Shown: positions 24,164 through 31,613 of the stretch, one piece after another
Layout of the letters: each line of letters opens with the position of its first letter
Numbering within the stretch: position 1 is the stretch's first letter
Source of the DNA: Minisyncoccota bacterium
GTDB lineage: Bacteria; Patescibacteriota; Minisyncoccia; Minisyncoccales; CG1-02-41-26
NCBI GenBank assembly: GCA_028712605.1
Contig: JAQTPV010000002.1
Span: forward strand, 1-38,057
Direction of reading: 5' to 3'
Length of the DNA stretch: 38,057 bases
Position numbers and translations under genes: made by a program
The notes under the pieces: generated by a model
What the model was told of the DNA's origin: nothing
Database searches by the model: none
What the model saw: only the letters and a program-made list of their open reading frames with translations

Positions 24164-24196
24164 AATACTGGTGCATCAAATTGATGCACCAGTATT
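24164..24196. terminator. Bidirectional hairpin terminator between convergent genes
   Basis: AATACTGGTGCATCAA-A-TTGATGCACCAGTATT has perfect 16-nt arms. It is followed by TTCATTATTC on the plus strand and sits between the stops at 24150 and 24226. Confidence 0.7.
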
Positions 24197-24225
24197 TCAT
24201 TATTCTTGGGGATGTAGTGTAGAAA

Positions 24226-27144
24226 TTAGGCCCTTCTTAATGCTGCTTCAATCGCTTCTACTACATTAGCTAGCCTCTCGGCGCTATCAGGATCGCCGGT
24301 GTTATTAAGCCGCTCTATCTGTTCTATAAAAGCATTGACGTTGTCGCTATAAGTTCTTTTGATGGCTTCTTTCTGTTCATCAGTGCCATTATTGATAATG
24401 TCATTAACCTGATTGACATTCATATTGAAAACAATATTCATATCCCTGATGTCATCTTCTGTAAATTCAGTGCCCCTTCTTTCCGCTGGTTGCTGGGGCT
24501 GTTGTTGGGTTTGCTGTTGGCCAGTAGTTTGTCTAGTAGCTTGAGGTTGGCTCCGTTTGATTTCTAAATCAGCCTTGGCTTTGGCTAATTTCTTTTCTGC
24601 TTCAGCCTTTTCTGTTTCTAACCGCTCCTTTTCTTTTTTGGAGAGATGGCCGGTATTTAAATTTTGGTTTATCTCCAGTAAGCGCTTTTCCCATCTTTCA
24701 ATTGCCCTGGTTAACTGCCTTTCTGTTTTGGTGGAGGCTCCTTCCCAGCTCAATCCTAAATTACGGGCGGGTGAGTTATTCATATAATTGTAAAGCTGTC
24801 TATTATTTTTTTCATACCATTCGCTGATTCTCCTGGGGTCGGTGGAGCCAGCCATTTTAGGCATGGCACTCTGGAAAACCTCTATAAATTTACGGCCAAA
24901 AAGTTCAGCGCCTTTGGCGATTTGGGCTCCGGTCCAGAAACGTTGAGCTGCCTCACTTTGAGCAGCTTCCAGCCCTGCCTCTTTGCTTAAATTAGCCATT
25001 TTGGATGGGCTCATGGTGCCCACCTCTTTGCTGTAAGCGGTGCTGGCGATCACTGTTTCTTCGTTGCCATTAGCGTCTTTTTGAACCCTGGTCATCCCAC
25101 CATAGGTTTCTTTATCGTCTTCACTGTAATATATGCCTAAACGTTTTTGTTGCTGTTCGGTTATATTCAACTCGCCGATCTCCATGTCTTTTATCGCACC
25201 TTTTTCTTTTTGGCTAATAGATTGCTCTTTTTCAGCGATTTGAGTATTTAAGGTCTCCTTGTCTTGTTGGGCCTTTTGGTATTCATCGCTATCTCTGTAG
25301 TATTTGAATTGACTTAGAGGATTATTTAGAATTGCCTCTGCTGCCTTCATTTGATTTCTAAGATTTTCCACTTCTGTTTTTTCGGCGGCCACTTCTGTTT
25401 TAATTTGTGCTATTTCCCCTGGGCTTTTACCAGCTGATTGGTCGGGGTTTTTTTGCATTTCCCTTAAAACTGCTTCGTACAATTTTGGATCGGCGGTTTT
25501 TACCACCCCCACGCTATCGGCTGCTCCCATATTAATGGCGGTTTTCATAATATCTTTTAATAAATAGTCGGGTAGCTGGCTCCTGATGTCTCCTAAGCTT
25601 CCGCCTTGGATGGCCTTAACTAAGGCGGCTATTCTTTGTTTATCACCAAGCATGCCCGGCCCGGCATTTTTAATGGCTGCGATTAGCTCTTCTGGCGTTT
25701 CTCCAATTTTTCCTGCCCTTTCTTTAATTTTAGATTCGGTGCGGACTTGAGCTTTAGCGTCAAGCGTTCTAGCGGCCCGACGACCCAATCCAGCTGCTAG
25801 CTGGGCCCCGCCTAGCGTGGATATATTGAGCAGGCCCCTGCCTAAAGTCCGGGCCACTCTTTTGCCGCCAGTGCTCCACTCCGCTTTTTCTTTGTCGGTT
25901 TCACCACCGAATAAAAATCGCCCCGCCTTACCAGTTTTGGCCCTAAATTGGTGTCCTCTGGCCCAGTCTTCATAACCTTCTTGTCCGGGCTTTAAGGCTG
26001 TGCCAGCCTTCCTTTTCCATAAATTGCGGGCTCCAACTCCAGCCGCCAGTGCTCCAGCAGCAGCTCCAGCAGCAGCATATTTGACGGGTGCCTTCGCCGC
26101 TTTTTTAGCGTAACCCTTGGCTCTACTGCTAACATTTTTAGCTGCACCCATGATGCCACCAGTTCCCATGGCGTTGATTTTAAGGGCCATGATTAGGCCG
26201 AAAATCAAAAAGATAATGGCGGCAAAAAATGGCGCGATGTTGTTGAACACTCCAGCAGTTGGTTCTTGCCCCAAGGATTCATTTTTGAGCATTGTTTTAG
26301 ACATCAAAACAGCGTGTTGGGCTAAATATATGAAAAAGCTTGCTGGCACCACAATAAAAGCCCATTGTAGGAATTGGCTCCACCACATATCAAAGTATTT
26401 TTTCCACCTATCAAATACCCAAAAGAAAAACATTATAGGAGACAAGATTACTAGAATCCATAAAGCCGGTGCCCTGACAAAAAATAAGGCGCCAAACAAT
26501 ATTAAAATTCCAGCCGAAGCTACGCCGAAGAAAATCAACATTAAAACTTGCAATAGCATTGAACCGCTGCCAATGATGTCTAATTTGTTCTCCCACAAGA
26601 GGCTCCTTTGGGTCTTAAAGAGGTCGGCAATGGTAGAGAAGTCAATACTTTGTAAAAAGAAGCTGGCTAGGATATTGGCCACATCAACAATGGCGCCGCA
26701 GATCACCGGGCTAAAGTTGATAAATAAAGCCACAACTAAAAGCTTAGCAAAGGTTTTTTGAGTATTGAAGCTAGTTAGGTTAAGGGCCGTGGACAGGCCG
26801 ATATAGGCTAACCCCACAATGAACATTATATTGGTCATATCCCGCAGCAAGGTCCAGCCGATACTAATAACTTCGTTGTTGGCGGGGTTTGTTAGAGAAA
26901 CATTAAAAAGGCCTTGAGCCGCTTTTTGTAAAAACCAATTGCCAAAAGAAATGGCAAACTCCGAGATGGCCAAGATTATCTGCAATAAAGTGGAAACCAA
27001 GAGAGAGGGCAAGGCCATCAAGGCTTGGCTCCAAAAACCAGCTTTGGCAAATTGCAAAGGAATAAAAATTATAGCTAAAACAATCAGGCCCAATAAAAAA
27101 ATGGTCCGTTTTTTGTTTCGTTGCCAAAAAGGAAGAGAAAACAT
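24226..27144 (-). CDS. VirB6/TrbL-like polytopic membrane protein with ~640-aa hydrophilic C-terminal extension
   Basis: 972 aa. A signal-like N-terminus is followed by at least 6 hydrophobic helices with Trp-rich loops over the first ~330 aa (e.g. FFVRAPALWILVILSPIMFFFWVFDRWKKYFDMWWSQFLQWAFIVV), the layout of TrbL/VirB6-type channel subunits. The long remainder is Lys/Ala/Glu-rich with coiled-coil-like and Q-rich tracts. Confidence 0.6.
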   Translation of the reverse strand: MFSLPFWQRNKKRTIFLLGLIVLAIIFIPLQFAKAGFWSQALMALPSLLVSTLLQIILAISEFAISFGNWFLQKAAQGLFNVSLTNPANNEVISIGWTLLRDMTNIMFIVGLAYIGLSTALNLTSFNTQKTFAKLLVVALFINFSPVICGAIVDVANILASFFLQSIDFSTIADLFKTQRSLLWENKLDIIGSGSMLLQVLMLIFFGVASAGILILFGALFFVRAPALWILVILSPIMFFFWVFDRWKKYFDMWWSQFLQWAFIVVPASFFIYLAQHAVLMSKTMLKNESLGQEPTAGVFNNIAPFFAAIIFLIFGLIMALKINAMGTGGIMGAAKNVSSRAKGYAKKAAKAPVKYAAAGAAAGALAAGVGARNLWKRKAGTALKPGQEGYEDWARGHQFRAKTGKAGRFLFGGETDKEKAEWSTGGKRVARTLGRGLLNISTLGGAQLAAGLGRRAARTLDAKAQVRTESKIKERAGKIGETPEELIAAIKNAGPGMLGDKQRIAALVKAIQGGSLGDIRSQLPDYLLKDIMKTAINMGAADSVGVVKTADPKLYEAVLREMQKNPDQSAGKSPGEIAQIKTEVAAEKTEVENLRNQMKAAEAILNNPLSQFKYYRDSDEYQKAQQDKETLNTQIAEKEQSISQKEKGAIKDMEIGELNITEQQQKRLGIYYSEDDKETYGGMTRVQKDANGNEETVIASTAYSKEVGTMSPSKMANLSKEAGLEAAQSEAAQRFWTGAQIAKGAELFGRKFIEVFQSAMPKMAGSTDPRRISEWYEKNNRQLYNYMNNSPARNLGLSWEGASTKTERQLTRAIERWEKRLLEINQNLNTGHLSKKEKERLETEKAEAEKKLAKAKADLEIKRSQPQATRQTTGQQQTQQQPQQPAERRGTEFTEDDIRDMNIVFNMNVNQVNDIINNGTDEQKEAIKRTYSDNVNAFIEQIERLNNTGDPDSAERLANVVEAIEAALRRA

Positions 27145-27162
27145 TTTTGAAGCTATTGAAAC

Positions 27163-27171
27163 ATTATAACA
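27163..27171 (-). promoter_or_regulatory. Candidate extended -10 promoter for the VirB6-like gene
   Basis: The minus strand reads TGTTATAAT (TGn + TATAAT), 18 nt upstream of the ATG. The TTGACT upstream is only 13 nt away and so is unlikely to act as a -35. Confidence 0.35.
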
Positions 27172-27202
27172 GAAAAAGAGAAGTCAAGAAATGTTGATAA
27201 AT

Positions 27203-28021
27203 CTAATTTCCAAAAGAGTTGCTTAGCCTTATCCAGTCATTCAATGAGAGGTTTTCGGCTCTTTGGGTCGGGGAGATATGATTGGCCATTAGCCACTTTT
27301 GCGTTTGTTCTTTGGTGAATTTAAGGGCCCTGGAAAAATTATTAAGCACTTGTTTTCTGGGCTGGCTAAAGCCAGCAGTAACAATTTTAGAGAAGATGTC
27401 TTGATCCACCTGTTTTTTATATTTATCACTGGGCACAATTTTAATGATTGCTGAATCCACTTTCGGGGCAGGCCAAAAACTATTTTTGGAAACATACGAA
27501 ATAATTTTGGGTTGGCAAAAAAACTGGGTAAAGATAGCCAGCTTGTTGGATTGGGGTGGTGTAGCGCAAATCCTTTGAGCTACTTCTTTTTGTATCATCA
27601 AAATCATGGATTCCGGTGGCTGTTGAGCCGCCAAAAACATCATTATAACCGGCTTAGTAATATAGTAGGGCAGATTAGCCACTATCTTGTATTGTTGGGG
27701 ACAATTAGAAGGTTGGAAATCCAATATATCAGAGCCCATTAATTGGACATTGTTTATTTTCTCATTAACTAATTTTACTTGGAGGTGCTTGATTAAGCCC
27801 CGGTCCTTTTCCACGGCAATTACCTTTTTAACTTTTTTAGCCAGGGCCAACGTTAAAGCACCCAAACCCGGGCCAATCTCTATAACCGTGTCGTCGGGTA
27901 TTAGTTCAGCAGCTGAAATCATTTTTTCAATGATGCCCTTGTTAACCAAAAAATTTTGGCCCAATCTTTTGTTCGGCTTTAACTCTCTCCCGTTTTTCAA
28001 TTGACATTTTTGGTTAATCAT
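27203..28021 (-). CDS. rsmA: 16S rRNA (adenine1518/1519-N6) dimethyltransferase
   Basis: LGQNFLVNKGIIEKMISAA...VIEIGPGLGALTLALAKK...VIAVEKD...ANLPYYITKPVIM are the KsgA/RsmA signature motifs. Confidence 0.9.
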   Translation of the reverse strand: MINQKCQLKNGRELKPNKRLGQNFLVNKGIIEKMISAAELIPDDTVIEIGPGLGALTLALAKKVKKVIAVEKDRGLIKHLQVKLVNEKINNVQLMGSDILDFQPSNCPQQYKIVANLPYYITKPVIMMFLAAQQPPESMILMIQKEVAQRICATPPQSNKLAIFTQFFCQPKIISYVSKNSFWPAPKVDSAIIKIVPSDKYKKQVDQDIFSKIVTAGFSQPRKQVLNNFSRALKFTKEQTQKWLMANHISPTQRAENLSLNDWIRLSNSFGN

Positions 28022-28040
28022 TTTTTTCTATACTTGTCTC

Positions 28041-28070
28041 TTGACTTAGCTCATAAAAGCAAGCTAAAAT
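28041..28070 (+). promoter_or_regulatory. Candidate promoter for the LysM-M23 peptidase gene
   Basis: TTGACT (28041-28046), 18-nt spacer, TAAAAT (28065-28070). This implies a leader of about 150 nt. Confidence 0.4.
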
Positions 28071-28228
28071 TATCTTAGACAAAGGTATTTAAAAGGTAAT
28101 AATTTATTACTGGAGTCAAACAATTCCTTTCTGAATGGTTTAGCCAAAGCAGAGCCAAACAGAGTCAGGAACAAACAAGTAAGTTAAAAAGGAGAGGGCT
28201 TTCTCCGCTTTTTAGTTTAGGGATAGCC

Positions 28229-29215
28229 ATGCTGGTTTTATTAATTTTAGCCACCCTATCTCTATCCTTTTTGGGGCAGAACAAAACAGCCAGTGTCCAT
28301 CGCGATGTTTTTGGAGTAGAGCATTATCTTTTTGCTAATGCCGTTCCTGCCAGCCAAGCTCCTGATTTAAGTATTATTGAAAATGCTGTTTTAGCTCCAC
28401 AAGCACCCGCCTTTTTAGTTAAGGGTAAAACCCTCGCTTCTTTGGACGGACAGGAGTCTTTAGGGTCTGGAGCGAAGAACGAGCCCGATGAATATATCGT
28501 TGAGAAGGGTGATACTTTAAAATCTTTAGCTGAAAAATTCGGTATTTCTGTGGAAACAATCGCTTGGGCCAATGATTTAAGCACCAAGGCTACCTTAAAG
28601 TCTGGTCAAAAGTTAATTATTTTGCCCGTTTCCGGCATTTTGCATTTAGTTAAAAAGGGCGACACGATTAGCGAGATAGCCCAGCTTTATAAGGCCGATG
28701 TTCAGGATATTATTAACTTTAATGGTTTGGATGGAGCTGACATTTGCATTGGTGATTTATTAATTATCCCGGGTGGCAACAAGCCAAAAGTTGCTCAACC
28801 CCGCTATACTACCGTACCTTTATCGCAAAGTTATTTCATCGTTCCTATGCCTTTGCCGTGTAAAATTACTCAAGGAGCCCATTGGTTTAATGCTGTTGAT
28901 TTTGCCAACGGTAATTGTGGCGACCCAGTGTTTGCAGCAGCTGGAGGTGAAGTGCAAAAGGTTAGTTATGGTAATAATTCTGGTAATTATGTTAAAATTG
29001 TCCACCCCAACGGCGCCATCACTACTTATGGCCATTTAGCTAAGGCCCAAGTGATAGCGGGTGAAAAAGTTTCGCAGGGTCAGATTATCGGACAAATTGG
29101 CTATACTGGTTATACAATCCCCAAGGGGCCTGAAGGTTGCCATCTGCACTTTGATGTGATGTTTGCTGAAAATCCCTTTACCCGTTTAGCGGTCGGCTCT
29201 ACGATTGCTAAGTAG
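28229..29215 (+). CDS. Secreted peptidoglycan hydrolase: two LysM domains plus M23 metallopeptidase
   Basis: LysM-like YIVEKGDTLKSLAEKFGISVETIAWANDL and HLVKKGDTISEIAQLYKADVQDIINFNGL. M23-like HWFNAVDF...GNYVKIVHPNGAITTYGHLAKAQVIAGEKVSQGQIIGQIGYTG...CHLHFDV. Confidence 0.85.
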   Translation: MLVLLILATLSLSFLGQNKTASVHRDVFGVEHYLFANAVPASQAPDLSIIENAVLAPQAPAFLVKGKTLASLDGQESLGSGAKNEPDEYIVEKGDTLKSLAEKFGISVETIAWANDLSTKATLKSGQKLIILPVSGILHLVKKGDTISEIAQLYKADVQDIINFNGLDGADICIGDLLIIPGGNKPKVAQPRYTTVPLSQSYFIVPMPLPCKITQGAHWFNAVDFANGNCGDPVFAAAGGEVQKVSYGNNSGNYVKIVHPNGAITTYGHLAKAQVIAGEKVSQGQIIGQIGYTGYTIPKGPEGCHLHFDVMFAENPFTRLAVGSTIAK

Positions 29216-29239
29216 CGAACCGGATATGTGGCCAGAGAG

Positions 29240-29260
29240 AACCTCTAAAAGAGGTTTTTT
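29240..29260 (+). terminator. Rho-independent terminator of the LysM-M23 gene
   Basis: AACCTC-TAAAA-GAGGTT followed by TTTT. It overlaps the stop codon of the convergent comM. Confidence 0.6.
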
Positions 29261-30806
29261 AGTTGCTGTCGCGTTTTCTGTACATTAAGGCTTCGTTAAG
29301 ATTGTCAAAGGTGATTCTATCATTTTTTTCTAAGTCGGCAATAGTTCTAGCCACTTTTAAAACTCGGTGGTAGCCTCGAGCCGACAAATGCCCGCTTTCC
29401 ACATATTTTTTCAATAGATTTTCTGTCTTTGGTTCAAGTTGGCAGTATTGTTTAATCTGGGGTATGTTCATTTCCGCATTAGTTAAAATTTTTGTTTCTT
29501 GGAATCTTTGGCCTTGAAGATTTCGGGCTCTTTGAATCTTTTCTTTAATTTGGCCACTGGTTGCCTGGCCTTCATTATTTTTTAACTCTTCATATTTCAC
29601 GCTGTTGACCCAGCAGAAAATATCCATTCTATCCATTAAGGGTCCTGATAACTTTCTTCGGTACGAGGCCACTTGCGAGCCAGTGCAGGAGCATTCTTTT
29701 TCTGGGTGGTTGTGAAAACCGCATGGGCAAGGATTAGCTGAAGCGATTAAAATAAAATTGGCCGGATAAGAAATATTGTGTCTAGCCCTTAGAATGCTGA
29801 TTTCTCCCTGTTCTAACGGTTGCCGTAAGGATTCTAAAACATCGCGATGAAACTCCGGGAATTCATCTAAAAACAAAACACCCCGATGGGCCAAGGTAAT
29901 TTCACCGGGTTTGATTGGGGAGCCTCCTCCCACCAAGGCGCTTTCTGAAGCAGTATGGTGTGGGGCCCTGAACGGCCGCTGGTTAACAAAGGGCTTATCC
30001 GATTTTAATAATCCAACTAAGCTGTAAATTTTAGTTAACTCCAGCATCTCTTGGGGTTCTAGGTTTGGCAAAATGGAAACGACCGCTTTAGCCAATAAAG
30101 TTTTACCAGTGCCGGGCGGCCCTTCTAAAAAAATATTATGTCCGCCGGCAGCTGCAATTTCCAAGCCTCTTTTGGTATGGGTTTGCCCGCTAATAAAAGC
30201 AAAATCAATGTCCCAATCCTGGATATTGTTTACTAAGCTATCTTTATCTAAAACAGCTGATTCAATTTGAACTCGTCCCTCTATATAATCAAGCACTTCT
30301 TTAATATGGCCAGCCCCGATAATCTTTAAGGTATTTTGATTATCTAATAAATTAGCTAAGCAGGCTTCTTTAGAATTATCCTTTGGCAAAATGATTTCCG
30401 AAAATCCTTGCTCTTTAGCTAATAAAGCTAAAGCTAAAGCGCCGGGCACTGCTTTTAATCTGCCATCTAAGGCTAGTTCGCCGATTAACAATCTTTTCTC
30501 TGGCTGAAACTTGGTCTGCTGGGTGGCCAATAAATAACCCAAGGCAATCGGCAAGTCATAAAGGCTACCCTCTTTTTTTAAGTCAGCTGGCGCTAAATTA
30601 ACAATTATTCTTTGGGTTTGAGAATGTGGTGGGGCTAAATTTATGCTTTTAATAGCTGAATTCACTCTTTCTTTGGCTTCCTCAATGGCCTTATCAGCTA
30701 AGCCAACAATGCCAAAAGACCGTAAGCCCCTGTTGGCGGCTACTTCTATTTCAATCAGCTGGCCGCTTAACCCGCGAAGTACCGCTGAATAAACCCTTGA
30801 AACCAT
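29259..30806 (-). CDS. comM: YifB/ComM-family Mg-chelatase-like AAA+ ATPase
   Basis: MVSRVYSAVLRGLSGQLIEIEVAANRGLRSFGIVGLADKAIEEAKERV (Lon-like N-terminal domain). Walker A is GPPGTGKT and Walker B is VLFLDEFPEF. The Cys cluster CPCGFHNHPEKECSC is present, and the 515-aa length is typical. Confidence 0.9.
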   Translation of the reverse strand: MVSRVYSAVLRGLSGQLIEIEVAANRGLRSFGIVGLADKAIEEAKERVNSAIKSINLAPPHSQTQRIIVNLAPADLKKEGSLYDLPIALGYLLATQQTKFQPEKRLLIGELALDGRLKAVPGALALALLAKEQGFSEIILPKDNSKEACLANLLDNQNTLKIIGAGHIKEVLDYIEGRVQIESAVLDKDSLVNNIQDWDIDFAFISGQTHTKRGLEIAAAGGHNIFLEGPPGTGKTLLAKAVVSILPNLEPQEMLELTKIYSLVGLLKSDKPFVNQRPFRAPHHTASESALVGGGSPIKPGEITLAHRGVLFLDEFPEFHRDVLESLRQPLEQGEISILRARHNISYPANFILIASANPCPCGFHNHPEKECSCTGSQVASYRRKLSGPLMDRMDIFCWVNSVKYEELKNNEGQATSGQIKEKIQRARNLQGQRFQETKILTNAEMNIPQIKQYCQLEPKTENLLKKYVESGHLSARGYHRVLKVARTIADLEKNDRITFDNLNEALMYRKRDSN

Positions 30807-30992
30807 AATTGATCAATAATTATTCTATTCTATCACAGATTATGTTCATTGATACAGCTTGGTCTATTTGTTAATTCAAAAATAAGGTCGGCCACTTATT
30901 GAGGTTCTTTATGTGGTTATATAACGTACGACTCTTTATAAACCCGTATCGTAGTTATACAAGGAGGACAGTTTTCTGGCCGACACATTTTT

Positions 30993-31001
30993 TGTTACAA
31001 T
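30993..31001 (+). promoter_or_regulatory. Extended -10 element abutting the yraN start (leaderless geometry)
   Basis: TGTTACAAT (TGn + TACAAT) ends 6 nt before the ATG at 31008. No SD lies in between. Confidence 0.4.
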
Positions 31002-31007
31002 TAAGCT

Positions 31008-31379
31008 ATGAATACTAAAATATTAGGAAGCAAGGGTGAAGAAGCTGCGGTGCAGTATCTGAAAAAGAAGGGCTATCGGATTTTGGAAAGGAATTTCAAA
31101 ACTAAGTGGGGTGAGTTGGATATTGTGGTCCAAAAAGACGGCAAGATTATTTTTGTTGAAGTGAAAACTTTGCGGCAAAAGAGCGATTTTGCCCCAGAAG
31201 ATCAAGTTAATTTCAAAAAGAAACAGCAATTGATCAAGATGGCGCAGATTTATCTTTCGTACAAACATTTGTCGTTAGATATTGATTATCAAATCGACAT
31301 TGTGGCCATTGAGGTTGATTGGGCCGTTGAGGTCGTTAACGTTAAACATTTCAAAAACGCTATTGCAGACCATGGATAA
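31008..31379 (+). CDS. yraN: YraN-family (UPF0102) endonuclease-like protein
   Basis: LGSKGEEAAVQYLKKKGYRILERNFKTKWGELDIVVQKDGKIIFVEVKT is the characteristic YraN motif string. Confidence 0.85.
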   Translation: MNTKILGSKGEEAAVQYLKKKGYRILERNFKTKWGELDIVVQKDGKIIFVEVKTLRQKSDFAPEDQVNFKKKQQLIKMAQIYLSYKHLSLDIDYQIDIVAIEVDWAVEVVNVKHFKNAIADHG

Positions 31380-31430
31380 AAGGGGTATCCTAAGAACAGT
31401 CGCTCCTTTTGGAGGCGCGGTTAATTAAGC

Positions 31431-31523
31431 AGAAGACGACAGGAGACAAGGTGCAGGACATTTAAAGCACCTGTTGGAGCCGCCACAGGTTCCCCTCCCC
31501 TGAACTTTGTTCTCCTGTCTTCT
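31431..31523 (+). other. 93-nt structured intergenic element (nested hairpins, C-rich tract) between yraN and the nusA promoter
   Basis: The outer stem pairs AGAAGAC..ACAGGAGA (31431-31446) with TTCTCCTGTCTTCT (31510-31523). Inner stems are GGTGC/GCACC (31450-54/31467-71) or ACCTGT/ACAGGT (31469-74/31485-90). A TCCCCTCCCC tract lies at 31491-31500. Strand and function are unknown. Confidence 0.3.
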
Positions 31524-31527
31524 AAAT

Positions 31528-31556
31528 TTGACAGGTTATTTTTTATTTGCTAAATT
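31528..31556 (+). promoter_or_regulatory. Candidate sigma70-type promoter for nusA
   Basis: TTGACA (31528-31533), 17-nt spacer, TAAATT (31551-31556), about 58 nt upstream of the nusA ATG. Confidence 0.5.
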
Positions 31557-31613
31557 GAAATTGAGCTCGGTTCTGACTTTGAACGCGAGTCTTATTTTTA
31601 CTAAATTTTGAAT

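Noticed and set aside
30887-30984. 8-bp GC-rich inverted repeat (GTCGGCCA / TGGCCGAC) enclosing 82 nt and an orphan AAGGAGG in the comM-yraN spacer
   Set aside because: The enclosed sequence shows no convincing internal pairing. The SD-like AAGGAGG has no start codon at a usable distance. An 8-bp match 82 nt apart is weak evidence, so I do not call it a feature.
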